Positions 50,251 through 59,549 of a stretch of 64,000 nucleotides of DNA are shown here, in pieces (position 1 is the first letter of the stretch; the number at the start of each line of letters is the position of its first letter). This stretch comes from Terriglobia bacterium (GTDB taxonomy: Bacteria; Acidobacteriota; Terriglobia; 20CM-2-55-15). Under the pieces are notes generated by a model. That model saw nothing but the letters and a program-made list of their open reading frames with translations, had not been told where the DNA came from and searched no databases. A program made the position numbers and the translations under genes. Where the stretch lies: the NCBI GenBank assembly GCA_965198225.1, contig CBDAOY010000006.1, positions 32,001 to 96,000 on the forward strand, read 5' to 3'.

Positions 50251-50810
50251 TACTGGTCGCGGAGTAAGCGGCAAAGGTGCTTCACGGTCACGAAGTCCTT
50301 CAGGATCTCCCGCTGGAGCTTGACGTCGATCAGGTTCCGGCGCGCGGTTGTCACCACCTCGTCCAGCCTGGGCCAGAATCGGGGTATCTGTCGCGACAGT
50401 TGCTCCACCAGGGTCGGGAGGCCGCCGCCGCCATCCGGTTCCTCGTCGAAATCATCCAGGTCCCCGCCGAGGTAGGAGATCAGCCCATCGACGACCTCTT
50501 CGATTTCTTTGGCCCCACGGGCGATTGCCCGGCGGTTTGCGGAGTCGTACCCGGCGAGATACAGAAACGTCGAAAGATCCCGGCCCATTGATTCGAAGGC
50601 TTCGATATTCTTCTGGAACTCCCTGAGCTGTAGCGCGGCGAGTGCCATAGAGGTCTCGTCGGGCCTTGCCACCCTGCTTGTCAGCAGCCTCTCGGACATA
50701 CGCAGGTTCCAGGCTCTTCGACGGAATTCGGCCTCGTTGGAGGCCTGCCCCAAAACAGGAGTCGTCATGGCTGGAATCAACAGGAACAGAAGGAGTGCGA
50801 CTATCGGCAT
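50250..50810 (-). CDS. Hypothetical exported helical protein
   Basis: 186 aa, N-terminal signal-like segment; no family recognised. Confidence 0.55.
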   Translation of the reverse strand: MPIVALLLFLLIPAMTTPVLGQASNEAEFRRRAWNLRMSERLLTSRVARPDETSMALAALQLREFQKNIEAFESMGRDLSTFLYLAGYDSANRRAIARGAKEIEEVVDGLISYLGGDLDDFDEEPDGGGGLPTLVEQLSRQIPRFWPRLDEVVTTARRNLIDVKLQREILKDFVTVKHLCRLLRDQ

Positions 50811-50899
50811 CTTGCTTTACCTGCCAGCCACCATCCTGCTCCCGTTGCGTTTGACAATCAACAAGAAAGCGAGTGCAGCAAGTCACGAGTGACAAGTAA

Positions 50900-51083
50900 G
50901 TGTAGGTGCGCTCTATGAGCGCACATCGTTTCGGCTTGAGGGAGGCGTGGGGGGACCGGACCAGCTGTCTTTCTCAACACATCCGCGCACTGCGATTGGT
51001 TCTTGAACGCTCACGTCTTCGTCGGGAGGGGGACGGTGGGCCCGGCGCTAATGAATAGCTCCGGTCATAGACCGCACCTACAC
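50900..51083. repeat. Long REPIN with cargo (copy C)
   Basis: REP arms around the shared cargo. Confidence 0.85.
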
Positions 51084-51118
51084 CGGGGGTCACCAGCCTT
51101 GTGCTATCGTCTGGGCTC

Positions 51119-52954
51119 ATGCTTCTCTGGATCGCTCTCTTCTGGATGCAGTCGTCGCTGAATTACGGGTTGCTACAAATCGAGGATTCGCGGCCCGAAG
51201 ACGTCTCCGCTCTCATCGAGGCGCTCGCACACCCGGACCCGAACATCCAACGGCAGGCGGCGCGCGCCCTGGGCCGCTTCGAGCGTCCGGAGCACCAAGG
51301 TGCCGTCGAGGTTCTGGTTCGATCCGATGACCCTTCCGTCAGGCGGGAAGCCATCAACGCCCTGGGCCAGATGGGCACCGCGGTCGATTTTGCCGGACTC
51401 CTGGCCGACGAGCAGAACCCTGACGTCCGTGCGGTCATCTACCGGACGATGGGGCGTCTGCCGGGAGCCGACGAGACGGTGCTTGCGGCCGGACTGGGGG
51501 AAGACGATCCGAGCGTCCGCCAGGGTGCTGCAGCGGGGATCGAAGCGCAGTTTCGACTCCATCGGCGCGGCGAGGCCCCGTCTGCGGAAACGGTCGCGGC
51601 GCTCAGAACCGCGGTCCAGGAAACAGACGACGCAAACGTCCGAAAGCTCGCTCTTCTGGCATTGAACGCGGCCGATGACCGCGACCCGGACACGATCGCG
51701 GCGGCGCTCTCCGACGCCGACCCCCAGGTCCGTCGCCTGGGGGTGATCGCATCGGGAGAATGGCGCGACGATCCATCGCACATCGTGCGCTACGACGCTC
51801 TGCGGCTCGACCCGACATGCGATCGGGCCCGGCAGGCTCTCGCCGACCCCAGCGACCATGTCTCGCTTCTCGCCGTCGATCAGCTCGGCGAACTGGGCTG
51901 CCCCGCAGCGATCATCGCCAGCGTGGCCGATCGCGGGGCGACGTGGAGGCATCGCTCGCGGGCTCTGCTCGCGCTCGCCAACATCGACGCCGTCGCGGCG
52001 CGAGACCGGATCTACCGTTTCATGGCAGATGGTCGCTGGCAGGTTCGAGCGTATGCGGCCCGCGCCGCCCGGCTGCTCGGTGACGCCGAGGCTCTGGGTA
52101 TTCTCGTCCAGGATCGCCACCCCAACGTCGGCGCCGCGGCTCTGAGGAACGCCGCCGACGCCGTTGCCGCGCTCTCCGCGGGCGACTACGGTTTGATCAT
52201 GGAAGCAACTTCGATGCTCGACGACGCTGCGGAACTCAACCCGGGACCCGCTGTACTCAGCGCCCTCTCGCGTATCACTGCTGAAGGTCGTGCCACCTCC
52301 AGAGATCCGCGCACCCGGCTGTTACAGCGCGTGCGGGAGTACGGTGATCCGTCGATGGCGGACCAGCTCGAATCCCTGCTCGCAGACTTCGATCCCGTGA
52401 TCGCCGCACAGGCCGCCGAGATCCTGTCGGAGTGGACCGGGCGGGTCGTCAGCCCGAGCAACAGCCGCTACGAACCGCTGTCGCTGCCCGATGAGTCCTT
52501 CGTTACCGGCCTGGCCGGCGCAACGGCGCTGGTCAGCATGGAGGGGGAAGGGAAGTTCACCTTGCAGTTGATACCGGAAGAAGCTCCCGCTACGGCCTCC
52601 GTCTTTGCCCTGCTGGCGGAGGCGGGTTTCTACAACGGCCTGACCTTCCACCGCGTCGTACCGAATTTCGTCGTGCAGGGTGGAAGCTCTGGAGCCAACG
52701 AATACGTCGGGGACGGGCCGTTCATGCGCGATGAAGTCGGCCTCGTGTCGCACCTGCGGGGAACAGTCGGCATCTCGACTCGGGGCAGAGATACAGGCGA
52801 CGCCCAGATCTTCATCAACCTCGTCGACAACTTCCGCCTCAACCACAACTACACTGTTTTTGCACGGGTCATCGAGGGGATGGAAGTGGTGGACCGGATT
52901 CAAGAGGGGTCGGTCATCGATTCCATTGAAGTCATCCGCTGGATCTTCAACTAG
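51119..52954 (+). CDS. HEAT-repeat protein with C-terminal cyclophilin PPIase
   Basis: DPxVRR-type HEAT repeats; FYNGLTFHRVVPNFVVQGG, GRDTGDAQIFINL; start uncertain (51101 or 51119). Confidence 0.88.
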   Translation: MLLWIALFWMQSSLNYGLLQIEDSRPEDVSALIEALAHPDPNIQRQAARALGRFERPEHQGAVEVLVRSDDPSVRREAINALGQMGTAVDFAGLLADEQNPDVRAVIYRTMGRLPGADETVLAAGLGEDDPSVRQGAAAGIEAQFRLHRRGEAPSAETVAALRTAVQETDDANVRKLALLALNAADDRDPDTIAAALSDADPQVRRLGVIASGEWRDDPSHIVRYDALRLDPTCDRARQALADPSDHVSLLAVDQLGELGCPAAIIASVADRGATWRHRSRALLALANIDAVAARDRIYRFMADGRWQVRAYAARAARLLGDAEALGILVQDRHPNVGAAALRNAADAVAALSAGDYGLIMEATSMLDDAAELNPGPAVLSALSRITAEGRATSRDPRTRLLQRVREYGDPSMADQLESLLADFDPVIAAQAAEILSEWTGRVVSPSNSRYEPLSLPDESFVTGLAGATALVSMEGEGKFTLQLIPEEAPATASVFALLAEAGFYNGLTFHRVVPNFVVQGGSSGANEYVGDGPFMRDEVGLVSHLRGTVGISTRGRDTGDAQIFINLVDNFRLNHNYTVFARVIEGMEVVDRIQEGSVIDSIEVIRWIFN

Positions 52955-52962
52955 TGGCCTGT

Positions 52963-53213
52963 AACAGTGCTATCGGTACCATCGCCGATGGGTCTTGCGG
53001 GCGAGGTCGAGGAGGGAGACGGAAAGCGATGCTCATTCATCGGTGACGGCTTCCGACAAAGAGATCGCCCGCAACCCCCATCGGCCCAAAGGGTTCGGCG
53101 GAACGGCGCCGTCTTCGGTGTCGTAACGCCCTCGCAATGAAACAGCATTGGCTCGGGCGTCACTCCTAGAATCCGACGCCGTTCCGCCGAACGCTGGTAC
53201 CGATAGCACTGTT
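52963..53213. mobile_element. MITE-like structured element
   Basis: Perfect 19-bp terminal IR AACAGTGCTATCGGTACCA enclosing two internal stem-loops. Confidence 0.55.
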
Positions 53214-53307
53214 GCTCCGACGGAGGATTTTGGGGGATCGGCCTCGCCGCATCACGAGAGCGATACCGCCACGTGTGGAACGAACCGGCAAGACCAGCTG
53301 CGCTCTG

Positions 53308-54579
53308 TCAAAGACCACTCGGGTTCAGGTTCCTCAAGGCCTCGACCGCTTCTTCCATCACGTCCATGTTCGGATCCTCCGTCAGCGGTTGAATATAGGG
53401 CTGGGCGTCGGGTTCGCCGATCTCACCGAGCACACGAACGAGCTTCGCCCGGATTTCTGCCTTCGGACTTCGCAGGTACGGATACATCTGGGCTAGTTTC
53501 CCGTCGTACTTGCCGAGCTCGAAAAGGTAGGTCTCAGCCTGGTAATCGAGTCGCGAATCCAGTGCCAGGACCAGCTGTTCCATGTAGGTGGTCCGGCCCG
53601 AAGAAACCAGTGCGAAAGCCTGGGCCAGGCGCACATTCTGACGCCGTTCAGCGTCGATCCGATCCGAGAAGGAAGACGCGTCATAGTCGAGACGAGCGAG
53701 TCCTTCGGCGGCAAGCTCGCGGTAGGTATCGTCGGAATCGTCCAGGAGGGACTCGAAGAGCGAGACCGCCGCCGGTTCCCGCATCAGGGCGATCGACTGG
53801 AGAGAATACTCTCGAAGGTCACCGTTTCTACTGGTCTTGAACAGATTAACCAAGCCGGGGTAGGCGGCCTGGTAGCCCGTGACCCCGACGGCCTGGATCG
53901 CTTCTTCGACGATCCGCTCATCCTCGTCCTTGAGCATCCTCGTCAGGGCAGGCCCGGCTTCCTGGCTTCCGATCACACCCATCGCCTGGATGATCGCCAC
54001 CCGGACGTTCCGGGCTTCGCGGTTCCTGGGACCTTCCAACTGCTCGATCAGTGCGGGCAACTGGTCCACAGCCCGGAGTGAACCCAGGGCGTGGACGGCC
54101 TCAATCCGTACTTCAGGATCGAAGTCCCTCTCGAGCGACTGCACGAGTACCTCTTTTGCAGTCTGATCGACGTAGGTATTGACGCCGACGATCAGTCGCT
54201 CTTCTTCGGAAAACACATTCCGGACGCGACCGATGAAGCTCCAGAAGCCTTCGTCGTCCGCCACCGGTATATACAGGCGGAGAAGAGAGTCGATCGCCTG
54301 TAAGCGCACATCCCGTTCGAAATCGCCCAACAAGGCTTCGGATAGGCCGGGAATCGCTGAACGATCACGAATCTGGCCCAGGGCGGCAACGATGGACGTT
54401 CTCAAATCCTTGCGCGGCTCCTTCTGGTAGGCCTCGACCAGTGCGGGCACAGCTTCGCGGTTCCCGAGGACAGCGGTCGAGGCGATGGCTTCGCGCCGTT
54501 CCTTGGGGCTGAGGCTGTCGAGCGACGGAGTCTGAGCGAAAAACGTCAGAGCGAATGCCGTTAGCAGGATCTGTTGCAT
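53308..54579 (-). CDS. Exported HEAT-repeat protein
   Basis: Repeated VRxxAxxALG motifs; signal-like N-terminus. Confidence 0.85.
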   Translation of the reverse strand: MQQILLTAFALTFFAQTPSLDSLSPKERREAIASTAVLGNREAVPALVEAYQKEPRKDLRTSIVAALGQIRDRSAIPGLSEALLGDFERDVRLQAIDSLLRLYIPVADDEGFWSFIGRVRNVFSEEERLIVGVNTYVDQTAKEVLVQSLERDFDPEVRIEAVHALGSLRAVDQLPALIEQLEGPRNREARNVRVAIIQAMGVIGSQEAGPALTRMLKDEDERIVEEAIQAVGVTGYQAAYPGLVNLFKTSRNGDLREYSLQSIALMREPAAVSLFESLLDDSDDTYRELAAEGLARLDYDASSFSDRIDAERRQNVRLAQAFALVSSGRTTYMEQLVLALDSRLDYQAETYLFELGKYDGKLAQMYPYLRSPKAEIRAKLVRVLGEIGEPDAQPYIQPLTEDPNMDVMEEAVEALRNLNPSGL

Positions 54580-54733
54580 GGCAGGGTTCCTCGAATTACC
54601 GGTGGCTTAGAGAAGCCACTGGCTGCTACTGGTTTGTTTTCGACGCGGCGGCCGGTGAACAGGCCCTCATTGAGAGTCTACCCGTACCGGACTCCCCGTT
54701 CAGGTCCCTCTTTTCCGCAGCTGCCAGTTCGTC

Positions 54734-55669
54734 TCAATGCGCTCCAAAGTGGCAGTTACAGGAATCGAAATCCCCTCCGCTCAATCCCTCCGGCTCGACC
54801 TGGATGGTCGTGTGATCGATACGGAATCGGTCGTGAGCGATCTCGTGGACCTTTCCCAGGACTTCGATTTGGGGTGAGCCGGATCCGTCCACAACCACAT
54901 GGCAACTCATCGCGACAACGCCGGAAGTCAACGTCCAGACGTGCAGGTCGTGGACCGATGTCACACCCTCGGCTCCGATCAGGTGTTCCTTCAGGTTCGT
55001 CAGGTTGATGTGTGACGGGGTGCTCTCGAGCAGGATGTCGACGGCATCTCGAATCAGAATCCACGAACTGGACAGAATCAGGAGTGCCACGACTCCGCTG
55101 ATCAACCCGTCAGCGAAGTTCCAACCCAGGAACATGATCAGCAGGCTGGCCACGATCGCCCCGACCGAGCCGATCGCGTCGCTCAGGACATGAAAGAAGG
55201 CCCCCCTGACATTGAGGCTCTCCGACTGCTTGCCGAACAGAATGTACGCGCTGACCAGATTGGCGAACAGGCCACCCGAGGCCACGATCAGCATCAGGTT
55301 CGCTCTCACGGCCTGGGGTTCCAACATCCTTTCGTAAGCTTCGTAGCCGATGAGAAGAGCCAGCAGAACCAGGAACACCCCGTTCAGCAGCGCCGCGAGA
55401 ATCTCCACCCGGTAGAAGCCGTATGTCTTGTTTGGCGTTGCCGGTTTGGAGGCAAACCAGATCGCAAAGAAACTCAGACCCAGTGCGGCGACGTCAGTCA
55501 GCATGTGGCCGGCATCGGCCAACAACGCCAGTGAATTGCTGTAGATGCCGCCGATCAACTCGACCACAAGCACGGCGCCCGTGATGATCAGGGCGGTCTT
55601 GATGCTTCCGCTGGCCGAGGCGGAGCGCTCATGGGCGGAGCCGTTGTGCTGGTGAGCGTGCAGTCCCAC
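54734..55669 (-). CDS. Cation diffusion facilitator (CzcD/ZitB-like)
   Basis: SLALLADAGHMLTD, TYGFYRVEIL, HVLSD, VHDLHVW. Confidence 0.93.
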   Translation of the reverse strand: MGLHAHQHNGSAHERSASASGSIKTALIITGAVLVVELIGGIYSNSLALLADAGHMLTDVAALGLSFFAIWFASKPATPNKTYGFYRVEILAALLNGVFLVLLALLIGYEAYERMLEPQAVRANLMLIVASGGLFANLVSAYILFGKQSESLNVRGAFFHVLSDAIGSVGAIVASLLIMFLGWNFADGLISGVVALLILSSSWILIRDAVDILLESTPSHINLTNLKEHLIGAEGVTSVHDLHVWTLTSGVVAMSCHVVVDGSGSPQIEVLGKVHEIAHDRFRIDHTTIQVEPEGLSGGDFDSCNCHFGAH

Positions 55670-56039
55670 GATAGCGACAATTATACTACGGCGCCTGCCG
55701 GCCTCTCCCCGTGGGAGCTATCCGGCGTATGCTGGAAAGTGTTGGTTGCAGGGGCTTCGGACCGCTGCGAGTCGCTGTTCGAAAACGCCGCCCCCCAGTC
55801 CGCGCCGCCGGACGGGCTCGAGATGGTCATCTGCTATCGCGAGATAGTCGTCTGCTATAATGGCCAGTTTTTCGACGTGGTGGACGCTTGATCCTCTGGT
55901 TTCAAGATTTACTCTCAGACTGTGGGATCAAGCGTGAGTCAGCCCTCAGCGTTCACCTTCAGCTATTCCGGAAAGGGATGATGTCTTATCCAATTGAGCC
56001 GATAGCTGAAAGCTGATGGCTGATCGGCCGGAGGTACAA

Positions 56040-57215
56040 ATGAGTGAAGGACTGGACGTTCAGAATCAGACGGGGGTTCCGCTAACGCTTCTGTCCGAGG
56101 ACGAGCAACTGTTCCGGGATTCCTGTCGCGCATTTGCGGACACGCGGATCCGCCCGCTCGTGCGCCGGATGGACGAAGAAGCCGCTCTCGACGCCGACGT
56201 AATCCCCGAGTTGTTCGATCTCGGATTGATGGGCATTCATGTTGACGAACCATACGGCGGCGCCGGCGGTTCTTTTTTCATGTCGGTGTTGGCCGTCGAG
56301 GAAATCTCCCGAGTCGATGCGTCGTTCGGGGTTTTCGTGGACGTCCAGAACACTCTGGTCAACAACGCTCTGATGCGGTGGGCGAACGAGGACCAGAAAC
56401 AACACTACCTGTCACGGTTGGCAAAAGACGTCGTCGGCGCCTACGCCCTGTCCGAAGCCGAGTCGGGCAGCGATGCCTTCGCGTTGCGCTGCCGGGCTGT
56501 CGAAGACGGAGAGCATTTTGTGCTGAACGGACAGAAGCTCTGGATAACGAACGCGCTCGAGGCGGGGCTGTTTATCGTCTTTGCGAACGTGAATCCCGAA
56601 CAGGCGTACAAAGGAATCACCGCGTTCCTGATCGAGAAAGACTTTCCTGGATTTCGTGTGGGCAACAAGGAGGATAAACTCGGCATCCGCGCTTCCAGCA
56701 CCTGCGAGCTCATCCTCGAGGATTGCCGGGTGCCGAAGTCCGCTGTTCTCGGCGAGATCGGCAAGGGTTACAAAATCGCCATCGAAACGCTGAACGAGGG
56801 ACGCATCGGCATCGGGGCTCAGATGGTCGGGATAGCGCAGGGCAGCTGGGAGTGCGGGGCCGCCTACGCAAAGGAGCGGCACGCATTCGGCAAGCCGATC
56901 GCCTCGTTCCAGGGTATTCAGTTCCAACTGGCCGAAACGGCGACGCAGTTGGAGGCCGCGCGTTTGATGGTATACAACGCCGCCCGGTTGAAGGACTGCG
57001 GCAAGGACTTCGTCAAGGAAGCGGCTATGGCAAAGTACTTCTCCTCGGTCGTGGCCGAGCACGTTACTTCCCTGATGGTCGAGGTCTACGGCGGGTACGG
57101 ATACACAAAAGATTATCCCGCCGAAAAATACTTCCGCGATTCGAAGATAGGCAAGATCTACGAAGGGACCTCCAACATGCAACTGCAGACGATCGCGAAG
57201 ATTATCCTACGCTGA
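56040..57215 (+). CDS. Acyl-CoA dehydrogenase (short/branched-chain-like)
   Basis: YALSEAESGSDA, NGQKLWITN, KLGIRASST, IYEGTSNMQ; GGAGG RBS. Confidence 0.93.
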   Translation: MSEGLDVQNQTGVPLTLLSEDEQLFRDSCRAFADTRIRPLVRRMDEEAALDADVIPELFDLGLMGIHVDEPYGGAGGSFFMSVLAVEEISRVDASFGVFVDVQNTLVNNALMRWANEDQKQHYLSRLAKDVVGAYALSEAESGSDAFALRCRAVEDGEHFVLNGQKLWITNALEAGLFIVFANVNPEQAYKGITAFLIEKDFPGFRVGNKEDKLGIRASSTCELILEDCRVPKSAVLGEIGKGYKIAIETLNEGRIGIGAQMVGIAQGSWECGAAYAKERHAFGKPIASFQGIQFQLAETATQLEAARLMVYNAARLKDCGKDFVKEAAMAKYFSSVVAEHVTSLMVEVYGGYGYTKDYPAEKYFRDSKIGKIYEGTSNMQLQTIAKIILR

Positions 57216-58180
57216 TGGCTAAGACGGTACGGGTCCTCCACCATGACAACTGCTTTGACGGCATTGCGTCGGCGGCAGTCTTTTCGCGCTTCTACCGAGG
57301 ATCGATCGATCCCCAAGCGCGTTTCGAGTACCAGGGTCTCGCCCACAAAGCGGGGCAATACATCTTCGAGAGCTATTTCTCGGGTGATGAGAACGTCATC
57401 GTCGACTTCAAATACAGCTCCTCAAAGCGGCTGACGTGGTGGTTCGATCACCATGAGAGCGCCTTCCTCTCCCCTGAAGACGAAGTCCATTTCCGCAAGG
57501 ACACGAGCGGTCAGAAATTCCACGACCCGACCTTCCGCTCGTGCACGAAATACATCGCACATGTTTCCAGAGAGTTGTTCGACTGCTCGATGGCGGATCT
57601 GGAGGAGCTCATCGAATGGGCCGACATCATAGATGGGGCTCAGTTCAAAGACGCCCGCACGGCAGTGGAGCTGAAGGAACCTGCGCTGCAGTTGATGCAG
57701 GTGATCGAGGCGGTCCGGGATGACGAATTGATCCGTGACATCATCCACAAGGTCCAGACCCATTCGCTGCACGAGGTTGCAGCCGAACCCGGGGTTCGCT
57801 CCGTCTTCGATGAACTCTACGAGGCACATCTGCAATCCATCGACATACTCCGCGACACTATGACCTGCGAGGGGGGCGTCGTGGAGTTCGACCTCAGCGC
57901 TCGGGAGATGGAAGGACACAACAAGTTCATCCCTTACTACCTGTTTCCCGAATCCGTCTACACGGTCGGCGTGAGCCTGGGTCCAACGCGGTCGAAGGTG
58001 TCGGTCGGCACCAATCCGTGGACCGATGTCGTGAAGCGACACAACCTGGCGAAGTTGTGCGAGCAGTACGGCGGTGGCGGGCACGCCGTCGTCGCGGCGA
58101 TCTCGTTCAAGCCCGATGCACTGGACGAGGCTCGTAAAGCCGCCCGAGAGATCGCAGAGACGTTGCGCGATGAACCCTGA
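57215..58180 (+). CDS. DHH-family phosphoesterase
   Basis: HDNCFDG, VDF, FDHH, GGGH; TGATG coupling. Confidence 0.85.
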   Translation: MAKTVRVLHHDNCFDGIASAAVFSRFYRGSIDPQARFEYQGLAHKAGQYIFESYFSGDENVIVDFKYSSSKRLTWWFDHHESAFLSPEDEVHFRKDTSGQKFHDPTFRSCTKYIAHVSRELFDCSMADLEELIEWADIIDGAQFKDARTAVELKEPALQLMQVIEAVRDDELIRDIIHKVQTHSLHEVAAEPGVRSVFDELYEAHLQSIDILRDTMTCEGGVVEFDLSAREMEGHNKFIPYYLFPESVYTVGVSLGPTRSKVSVGTNPWTDVVKRHNLAKLCEQYGGGGHAVVAAISFKPDALDEARKAAREIAETLRDEP

Positions 58181-59351
58181 TGAAAACGACACGGCCCCCG
58201 TCGGGTTCGATCCCGACCGCGCCTTTCTTCTCGAGCTGTGGACTCGCCGAACCCCGTTCACATACCTCTTTCTCGCCCTGAACTTCCTGATCTTCCTCCT
58301 GATGGAACTTTCCGGCGGGACGACGAACGAGGCCACGCTGCTCGCATTCGGCGTCAAGTCCAACGCAGCAATCGACGGCGGCGAGTTCTGGCGGTTCCTG
58401 ACGCCTGTCTTTATCCACATCGGACTCCTTCATCTCGCATTCAATTCCTACGCGCTTTGGATCGTCGGACAGCAGGTCGAACGCCTCTACGGCAGTGCCC
58501 GGTTTGTCCTTCTTTATGTCTTGATGGGAGCAGCGGGAGCTGCCGGCAGCTACCTTTACCATCCCAATGCGCTGTCGGCTGGCGCGTCCGGTGCGATCTT
58601 CGGCCTGTTCGGAGTCCTCCTGATTTTCGGCATCCGTCACCGTCAAAGAGTACCGGCCTTCTTCAGGCGTGCGGTCCGAGTCGGGATCCTCCCTATCATC
58701 GTCATCAACCTGATCATCGGTTTCTCGATTCCCGCAATCGACAACGCCGCCCACATCGGCGGCCTGGTCGCCGGCGTCGTCCTGGCCGCCTTCGTCGGAT
58801 TCAAGCAGCCCGGTGAACGGACTCCCCGCTCGTACCGGCTTGCGCAGGTCGCGGCCCTAGCGGCGATCCTCTTTGCTTTCGTCCAGGTCGGTCTCCATTA
58901 CGACGGCTCCTCTCCATCCCTGGCCAATCTCGGGCGCGGATGGGCGTCGATCCTCAACGGAAGGTCGGCAACACAGCAGTTCATCGACACGATGAATTCC
59001 GCGCAGGAGGCGTTTCCGGCTTCGCAGAGACTTCTGCGACGACCCCCCGACGATCGGACCTACGAAGAAACGACATCCAGACTGGCCGCCTCCATCGAGC
59101 AGCTCCGCAACCTTCCTTCCCTGTCGTCTTCCGCGGACGAGCTCGTGACCGAACTCCTCCGCGTGATGGAAGAGCAGTACGCCATCGTCCAGGATGTTCG
59201 CCGCGGTGCAGGCCCCCGATCCAGCCAGATGAAGCGGCTGGAATCCAACTCGGCACGCTACCGCAGAGCGGTACGCGCACTATTCGATTGGGTCGAGACG
59301 GACGGCGGCAGGTACGGACTCGACATACGGTCCCAGGGCCCTGAACCGTAG
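58170..59351 (+). CDS. Rhomboid protease with helical C-terminal domain
   Basis: WRFLTPVFIH, HLAFN, GASGAIFG, AHIGG. Confidence 0.9.
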   Translation: MNPDENDTAPVGFDPDRAFLLELWTRRTPFTYLFLALNFLIFLLMELSGGTTNEATLLAFGVKSNAAIDGGEFWRFLTPVFIHIGLLHLAFNSYALWIVGQQVERLYGSARFVLLYVLMGAAGAAGSYLYHPNALSAGASGAIFGLFGVLLIFGIRHRQRVPAFFRRAVRVGILPIIVINLIIGFSIPAIDNAAHIGGLVAGVVLAAFVGFKQPGERTPRSYRLAQVAALAAILFAFVQVGLHYDGSSPSLANLGRGWASILNGRSATQQFIDTMNSAQEAFPASQRLLRRPPDDRTYEETTSRLAASIEQLRNLPSLSSSADELVTELLRVMEEQYAIVQDVRRGAGPRSSQMKRLESNSARYRRAVRALFDWVETDGGRYGLDIRSQGPEP

Positions 59352-59361
59352 GTCCGGGCGC

Positions 59362-59468
59362 ATTGGAGATTTGAGATTGGAAATTGGAGACCGGAACGCG
59401 AGCATCTGAAATATGCGATCCGCGGTCTCCAATCTCGAATCTGCAATCTACGATCTACAATCTCCAAT
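59362..59468. repeat. Inverted blocks of degenerate 7-nt tandem repeats
   Basis: ATTGGAG-ATTTGAG-ATTGGAA-ATTGGAG facing CTCCAAT-CTCGAAT-CTGCAAT-CTACGAT-CTACAAT-CTCCAAT. Confidence 0.8.
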
Positions 59469-59549
59469 GTAGCGGGTATCTGTTGCTTCCCCAGGCGGCC
59501 TGGGGGCATACTGCGAACGGCTGTCGCCTTCCTCAATAAATACGGAGTA

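Noticed and set aside
56723-57214. 485-aa DHH protein or ACAD-DHH fusion
   Set aside because: Upstream part overlaps the acyl-CoA dehydrogenase out of frame; TGATG coupling gives the start at 57215
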